Source: Nitrosopumilales archaeon (GTDB lineage Archaea > Thermoproteota > Nitrososphaeria > Nitrososphaerales > Nitrososphaeraceae). Taken from it: a stretch of 64,000 nt of DNA. Location of the stretch: NCBI GenBank assembly GCA_044507735.1, contig JBIQJB010000002.1:99442-163441 (forward strand), given 5' to 3'. The notes beneath the pieces were generated by a model, which did not search any database, was not told where the DNA came from, and saw only the letters and a program-made list of their open reading frames with translations. Within the stretch, counting starts at the first letter, position 1. Every line of letters begins with the position of its first letter. This document shows positions 58,118-64,000 of this stretch, one piece after another. Position numbers and translations under genes: made by a program.

Positions 58118-58746
58118 AACCGTTAGGCAAACCTAACAGCTGGTGATTTCTAATTTAAACCATAGTCTCGCGGGTTCTGACTAGTTAGCGAATGACAGCC
58201 TGAAAAATTCTGCCTGTCAGGTGTCAGCTGATCGATGGTCACATTTACAGAGAGTTAAAGTGTTAAGTTTGGTATAATTTGTATCATCTTGGTTAAGCTA
58301 TGTCCTGTATGCATGGGAACAGGGATACACAAATTTGAGGATGCTCTTCTAGTTTGTCAGACCCAAGCCTTATGCTGTATTCCAAAATGCCTAAGATGCA
58401 ATGGCAAGGACCTGCTTCCAGAAAGTTGACTGATTCTAGTTTGCTTGTTTGCTGGCATTCTGGATGGAGGTCACCCCACTTATCTTGACGTTCTCTCCTT
58501 TTGCTTGCAACTTGCGCTGGTGTTTCTGCCGGCTTGCCTTTGATCTTTTACATACTATTTGTGATAGGGTTGGGCACTCTGTCAGGATTCTTGCAAATAT
58601 CATCAAGACCAAATGAAAGCGCATCTAGATACTACTATCATGACGATTCTGCTGGGGAACTGAAAAGTTTGCCATACCCGAAAAACAATGTTCTATTCAA
58701 TGCCATCATTTTTCTTATAAGCAAAAATGTCACGAATTATCTAACT

Positions 58747-59160
58747 ATGGGCGGTAAAGAAGAAATCATATCCGCAATGGAGCAATTTGAGAGTGTTCAA
58801 GAAAAGTATTTGCCAAAAGTCGATCGTAGATTGGTGATCGACCTGTTCCTGAGATTGAGAGAAGAACCAAATGTCCAGCCAATGTATACTGTTGAAACCT
58901 TTATCGAAGAAGGTACCAATGTTGAGGAAATTCGAAATGAAGTAATGAGAATGACAGGTACCGCCCCCCAGTTCCATGACAGGGGCACGCACTTGGTAGC
59001 TCACCACAAGTTGGATTATGATTTGTTAAAACAAATCCAAGATCATCCGAGTGTCATAGAAGTGAAAGGAAATTACACAGGAAGTGATGCATCAATTGGT
59101 GCAACACATGAATTCTCGACGGCCGCCGGCAGAAAGGAAAGTCCGAGTAGGAGCTACTAA
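58747..59160 (+). CDS. Hypothetical protein
   Basis: Natural composition from MGGKEE; TTTTCTTATA box upstream; the longer upstream extension is implausible. Confidence 0.7.
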   Translation: MGGKEEIISAMEQFESVQEKYLPKVDRRLVIDLFLRLREEPNVQPMYTVETFIEEGTNVEEIRNEVMRMTGTAPQFHDRGTHLVAHHKLDYDLLKQIQDHPSVIEVKGNYTGSDASIGATHEFSTAAGRKESPSRSY

Positions 59161-59503
59161 TACTAGCTGTAAGTCCTGTCATAAATGGTATGTTTTTCGG
59201 AAATCGCGCGCTGGCTGATGTTCCGCGCCCATTCACAATGCACGCAGAGCTTGTGCCTCGACTCTCTGACCGCATCGCCTATGGGGAGTGAAACTGGTTG
59301 TCCTGCATACGGAGCCGACTCTATAGGCGATTGTTCAGCTTGCTCTGTACATGGTAGAGAACGTGCGGTCCCTCATTTCTTGTAAGCACGAATTTCACTT
59401 CAAAGCGAGATAACGTAATTGGTATGAGGACCCTCATTAGCGAAAATGGCGATGGCCAACTCAGTCCTTTGCAGAGTTGGTGCGTAGCCCGCCAAAGAGC
59501 TAG

Positions 59504-59773
59504 CTATTTCTCCTCCATTGATTCAGGAGGCAAATTGATCAGGTTATCGAGCTGCTCATAGATGCGAAGGAACTTTATCCCCTTATTCGTGGTCATGAAT
59601 TGCGCCTCCTCTTTGTTGTAGTGCAGGAGATCATTTTCTTCAAGAATCAAAAGATATTCCTTGAGCTGGGCAAACGACAAGAGTGCCCTATACATTATCT
59701 TGGTTTTTGTGGCCCCACCCATTGCGGCCTGAAGGATATTGGCCACAACTTCTGTCCTGCTTCTATACTTCAT
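59504..59773 (-). CDS. Winged-helix transcription regulator, paralog of 25406-25657
   Basis: MKYRSRTEV...GATKTKIMY.A.LSFAQLKEYL. Confidence 0.88.
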   Translation of the reverse strand: MKYRSRTEVVANILQAAMGGATKTKIMYRALLSFAQLKEYLLILEENDLLHYNKEEAQFMTTNKGIKFLRIYEQLDNLINLPPESMEEK

Positions 59774-61165
59774 CTGGCATGCATCTCATATTAGCAGTGC
59801 AACTATATACGAAGTGCGAACTACCAATTCATATTTCCGATATCCGCATAAACCCTGAAGGGCCTTTTCAGGTGCCCATCTGGTTATACTGTTCTCGTTC
59901 TTTGCGGAATGTTTCTCGTACAGGAACGAATGAATAGTGAAAATATCTGTGCTAGACAATCTTCGTTTCGGCACTGAGAAGAGACGTGCGGCCTTTTACT
60001 CAAAGTTCTTGCAAATTCATATTTTCAGTCCTTAATTGTGAAGCATAACAAGTATGCGAACCACATAACAAGGATAGTTGACAAGTGTATTCTGAGGCGT
60101 TTGTATGACGCCGAGTATGTCACAAGGCCTGAAAGCCGGGTATTAGTTCAACTCTGCATTCCATCCCGGTAAGTAAGGCTTTTTCCAATTCCTCATGGTT
60201 ACGAGATTCGCTGGCTTCCACAGCTTCCTTGTCTGGACAGGAAGCTGAAGTATTCAATGACTTTTCGGAAAAAGCATCGCACATGTACACACATATACAC
60301 ATACACCACATGCGATTCTTGTGACGGTGACTGTGGTGGTTCGCCATGGTATTCTTTCTAAAGATGGATTGCTATCGCCAAAACCTGGTAGGACGGTGAG
60401 ATACTCACAACAAGCGGCCTAAACTGCGGAATCTCCCTACTTCTAATTGTTGTCGGCCGCTGAGAATCCCTGGGTACCGCGATGACCTTCAGCGATAGGC
60501 TCTATTGCATCATACTTGATAGACTGGCTCTTTCTCTTTTTTCTTGACCTAATTGTGAACATCGCTGTCATGTTCATCGTTGATGCTGTCTAGTCAGAAC
60601 AGGCATCACAAGCAGTTGGGTTGTTGATTAGGGCCAGCGCACTCAAGGAAGGCTAAAATGGCTTGTCACTTTAAATTCGATAGACCTCTGCGTTATAATG
60701 AATACATTATCTTGATCTATATTTGCAATTTCATATTTCTTGTTTCTAACTTTCAAATTTAAGAAAGCTGAGAACTACATAACTTTGTTGCAGGCGTAAG
60801 CGCTATCAAGGTTCAATGCCCTGTCTGCAAAAGCCTGAAAGCTGGGTTGTGCTCGTGTATTAGCTCCCACACACTCCCAGCGAGTAGGGCACAAGCAAAT
60901 TCAAGAGAAAATAGTAGCCAGTGAGTCCTCGGCGTGCTCTCGGAATTCAGACACACAGCTTTCAAGAAAGTGCAATATCTTCGCCAAGAATATTCTGATC
61001 TCCATTTCGCTTGATGTACAACCAGGAATTGATCAAAGATGACATCGTTATTGATCTGAAATCGTGTCTATCATACATTGGGAACACTACTGGGTGCTGC
61101 TATTTGTTCTGGTCACATGTACCGTTGGGAGTAACGGCCATAGCTCAACTGCAAACAAATTTGTT

Positions 61166-61474
61166 TCAGCTTTTCTGGATCCTCTCCATTACTACATCAA
61201 AGTTGTTGAGCGGAACTATCTTTACGGTGTTGAAAGCAGAGATGCCTACATCAATGCACATTGTTTCTATCTCGTGAGCGCTGTCCGCTTCCACAATGAT
61301 TACCCACTGGTGTTCAAGGACAGACATGTAAAACCCGACTACTTTTGCAACGTTGTGTTTTGACGTTGCCATCTTGAGCTTTTCGCCTATATTCATGAAC
61401 GTATCTCTGTTCTCCTTGTTGTTCAGCGGACATGATTCCGGGCTGTGTGTTGCAAATACTCCAAATAGAGCCAT
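61166..61474 (-). CDS. GYD/DUF3303-like small ferredoxin-fold protein
   Basis: HSPESCP...H..VIIVEADS...VKIVPL pattern; start moved to MALFG. Confidence 0.7.
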   Translation of the reverse strand: MALFGVFATHSPESCPLNNKENRDTFMNIGEKLKMATSKHNVAKVVGFYMSVLEHQWVIIVEADSAHEIETMCIDVGISAFNTVKIVPLNNFDVVMERIQKS

Positions 61475-61964
61475 GATTTGAAAAAATATCATATGATATT
61501 AGAACTTGACTACTGTCTGACCCATAGCTCAGGTGATCAAGAAAAAACCTATCGATCGTACCCGTGATTTTTTCCATAGCTTGTTGCTAAACAGTTCACT
61601 CGCGCCGAGAACCGGCAGAGATGCACATCCCTCCGGAGTTAACATTATTAGATAATGGGAAGCGCGTCCCTTTGACTACTACACTCAACTTCCAAAGGCA
61701 TTTGCTCACCGGGCACACAGCACATTAGCATATGCGCTTGCGCACGGGCTCATTCGGCATACACTTTCAGACAACCGCAATGGCCTTGCATGATGGCGAG
61801 ATCCTGATCTATACCAAAAGGAAGGGTCGGTCTTTCTCGCGGCAAATCGGCAATTGCTCGACTGTATCATTGAGGGCCTTCACGAAAATTCACACATCCA
61901 AATGATTGTTGTCCGGGATCTGACGCTTTTCATATTAATCCCCCGATCCTGGGGTGATCGCAAT

Positions 61965-63104
61965 TTACTGCGATCTGGCCTTGAGCCATTGACCAACCTT
62001 GGGCAACACGTTGTTCTGTGAGTAGAGGCTTGCGATCAGACCAACATGCCCTGTGTGGAACCTCATAAGGCGTTTGTCAGTGCTTGACACGACGTCGTTG
62101 AGCGGCGCGCTGCACTGAGCAGACACGAGATGGTCCTCGTCTGCAACGATGTTGAGCAAGGGTACACTTATGGTTGAAAGATCTATTAGCTTGCCGCCTA
62201 GCTTCATCTCGTTCTTTACAAATAGGTTCTTTTGATAAATGTCACCGATCCATTGCTTGAACGTTGCGCCAGCTATAGGGGGTGTATCATACAGCCATTT
62301 TTCAATACGCAAAAAGTTTCCCACAAACTGATCGTTGTCTATGTTTTGCACTAGGTTAAAGTACTTGTTGACGCCCTGTTTGAATGGCTTGAGGGCAGAA
62401 TAACATGCATACAGCTGCTCCACGGGCAAGTTTCCAATGACGCTTACCATCTTGTCTACATCCATGTTCTTGGCAAGGTTTCCAATTACCGTAGTGTCTT
62501 TCTCAGTATCTACCACTGGCGCGATCACTGCGAGATTGCGTACCCTCTCTTGGTGAAGCGACGTATACATTATGGACATTGTTGCGCCCATGCAGTAGCC
62601 ATGGAGTGTCAACTTGTCTGCCTTGGTTTTTTTCAACACAATGTCAACACAATCGTCTATGTAGCAATTGACATAATCATCAAACGAAACGTACTTGTCT
62701 GCAGCAGTCGGAGTCTTCCAGTCGATCAGGTACACATCAAAACCCTGGCTCAGAAGACTTCTTACCCAGCTCTTATCCGGCTGAAGGTCAAGCACATATG
62801 ACTTGTTTATTAGCGCATAGACGACAAGTATGGGCGTCCTAGCGGTCTTGTTGACCATCTGCTGGTAATGCAATAGCCTATATGCTCTTGTCTCTGCAAG
62901 TACTTCATGTGGCGTCTGCCCGACGCCGACTTTGTCTGCGCTATGCAGAATGGTCCTTGTCTTTTCGAGCTTGCGGATCGCTTCTTGCATTTCATCTGCC
63001 AGTGTAGGCTGCTGTCTTGCCTTAGCAGGCTCGGCCTGTTGCTTGACATCCTCTTGCTGTTGCTGGTCCGGTTTAGTCTCTTGCCTTGTCAATTGATTCA
63101 ACAC
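61965..63104 (-). CDS. phaC: Class III polyhydroxyalkanoate synthase subunit PhaC
   Basis: VGQTP, YALINKSYVLDLQP, GYCMG lipase box, DHLV and GHVG motifs. Confidence 0.96.
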   Translation of the reverse strand: MLNQLTRQETKPDQQQQEDVKQQAEPAKARQQPTLADEMQEAIRKLEKTRTILHSADKVGVGQTPHEVLAETRAYRLLHYQQMVNKTARTPILVVYALINKSYVLDLQPDKSWVRSLLSQGFDVYLIDWKTPTAADKYVSFDDYVNCYIDDCVDIVLKKTKADKLTLHGYCMGATMSIMYTSLHQERVRNLAVIAPVVDTEKDTTVIGNLAKNMDVDKMVSVIGNLPVEQLYACYSALKPFKQGVNKYFNLVQNIDNDQFVGNFLRIEKWLYDTPPIAGATFKQWIGDIYQKNLFVKNEMKLGGKLIDLSTISVPLLNIVADEDHLVSAQCSAPLNDVVSSTDKRLMRFHTGHVGLIASLYSQNNVLPKVGQWLKARSQ

Positions 63105-63642
63105 TCCTCTTCAAGTCGCGAACAGCCCTCTTCAGCTCAGCGACATCCCTGAGAATATCGTCAACCTCGCTCCTTGTAGGGAGATTCAACATCTTGGAAT
63201 TCTTCTCGACAATTCCTTGGATACTTCTTGAAACGTCCAGCTGGCTGCTAAACAACTTTCCATATACGGCGGAGAACTCTGCTGATGCAAACAGACCTGT
63301 GAACGCGTCCTCAAACGCCTCTATTGCGGCACGTCTGTAATTCTCAAAATCCTCCTTTGTCATCAGCTGCTTGGGTGCTCGCTCCATTGTCTCCTTCATC
63401 GCTTTGGTATATGCAGAGCTTATGAGAGCCCAATAGTTGTCCGTGTTGGTCTTTAGCTCGGAAATGGTTTTTCCCAAGTTGACCAAGTCGGTTGCATAAG
63501 AGTTGATATCCTTAGAAAATGCGAACATCGGACCTATTGTCGGAAGTTTTGCGACACCGGCCCAGAAGTCAAGCATCTTGCTAATCTGCTCTTGGGTAGT
63601 AAATCCCTGAGCGTCTTTGTTGCTTCCATCTTCGACCATCAA
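63073..63642 (-). CDS. phaE: PHA synthase subunit PhaE
   Basis: PhaE box LNLPTRSEVDDI...ELKR; overlaps the phaC start. Confidence 0.9.
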   Translation of the reverse strand: MMVEDGSNKDAQGFTTQEQISKMLDFWAGVAKLPTIGPMFAFSKDINSYATDLVNLGKTISELKTNTDNYWALISSAYTKAMKETMERAPKQLMTKEDFENYRRAAIEAFEDAFTGLFASAEFSAVYGKLFSSQLDVSRSIQGIVEKNSKMLNLPTRSEVDDILRDVAELKRAVRDLKRSVESIDKARD

Positions 63643-63909
63643 ACTTTCACTTTGATAACTGTTCTAAAATTCGTCGACTGGCTATTATAGTTTGTTCATG
63701 TAAATATTGCAATATGAGTTCGAGAATGGTGTGTAATTTGTATACATTTTTGCAATTTTAATACACCCTCTATCCAGATAGTGGCATCGAGGCAGGTATG
63801 CTCGACAATTGGCTTTTTCGAGATTCATAAAAACATTTTATAAAGGATCGCTTGCCTTTCCCAATTACCCATGCGAACTGCTGTCGAAAAGGAACGGCGG
63901 TTTCTGAGC

Positions 63910-63999
63910 GGGCTCGTAGCTCAGCATGGATAGAGCGCCTGCCTTCTAAATTCTATTGAAGAGAGCCGGAAGTCGTGGGATCGAAGCCCACCGGGCCCG
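63910..63999 (+). tRNA. tRNA-Arg(TCT) with 15-nt intron (63949-63963) at position 37/38
   Basis: GGGCTCG/CGGGCCC acceptor stem; anticodon TCT at 63945-63947; bulge-helix-bulge with CTTC/GAAG helix and TAA/AGA bulges. Confidence 0.93.
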
Positions 64000-64000
64000 C

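Overview
Core-genome window of an archaeon, most consistent with a soil-type ammonia-oxidising thaumarchaeote (Nitrososphaeraceae). Evidence: a Rieske/cytochrome b/blue-copper complex III, amt, a LysW-type lysine cluster, class III phaEC, a single histone, L40e/S17e, archaeal RNase P RNA and an intron-containing tRNA. About 70 CDSs are called, four of them too short for the ORF track (lysW, rpl40e, an NHLP-leader-like peptide, a small membrane protein), plus tRNA-Val(TAC), tRNA-Arg(TCT) with an intron, and rnpB. I saw no CRISPR array, transposase or integrase. The best candidates for new biology lie in the accessory stretch after rnpB (~42.4-51.5 kb). First, four TTAAC-N3-GTTAA palindromes sit 7-11 nt upstream of TATA-like boxes in front of a zinc-finger microprotein, a possible structured RNA, a winged-helix regulator and a cupredoxin. 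Second, an unannotated two-gene operon encodes a TULIP-like two-module protein and a beta-sandwich partner, next to a patatin. Also notable are a LysW ending in Gln instead of the substrate-carrying Glu, a haloarchaeal-type PhaR-like protein far from phaEC, and a ubiquitin-like/Cgi121 fusion in a t6A neighbourhood. All family calls are motif recognition by eye; no database searches were run.
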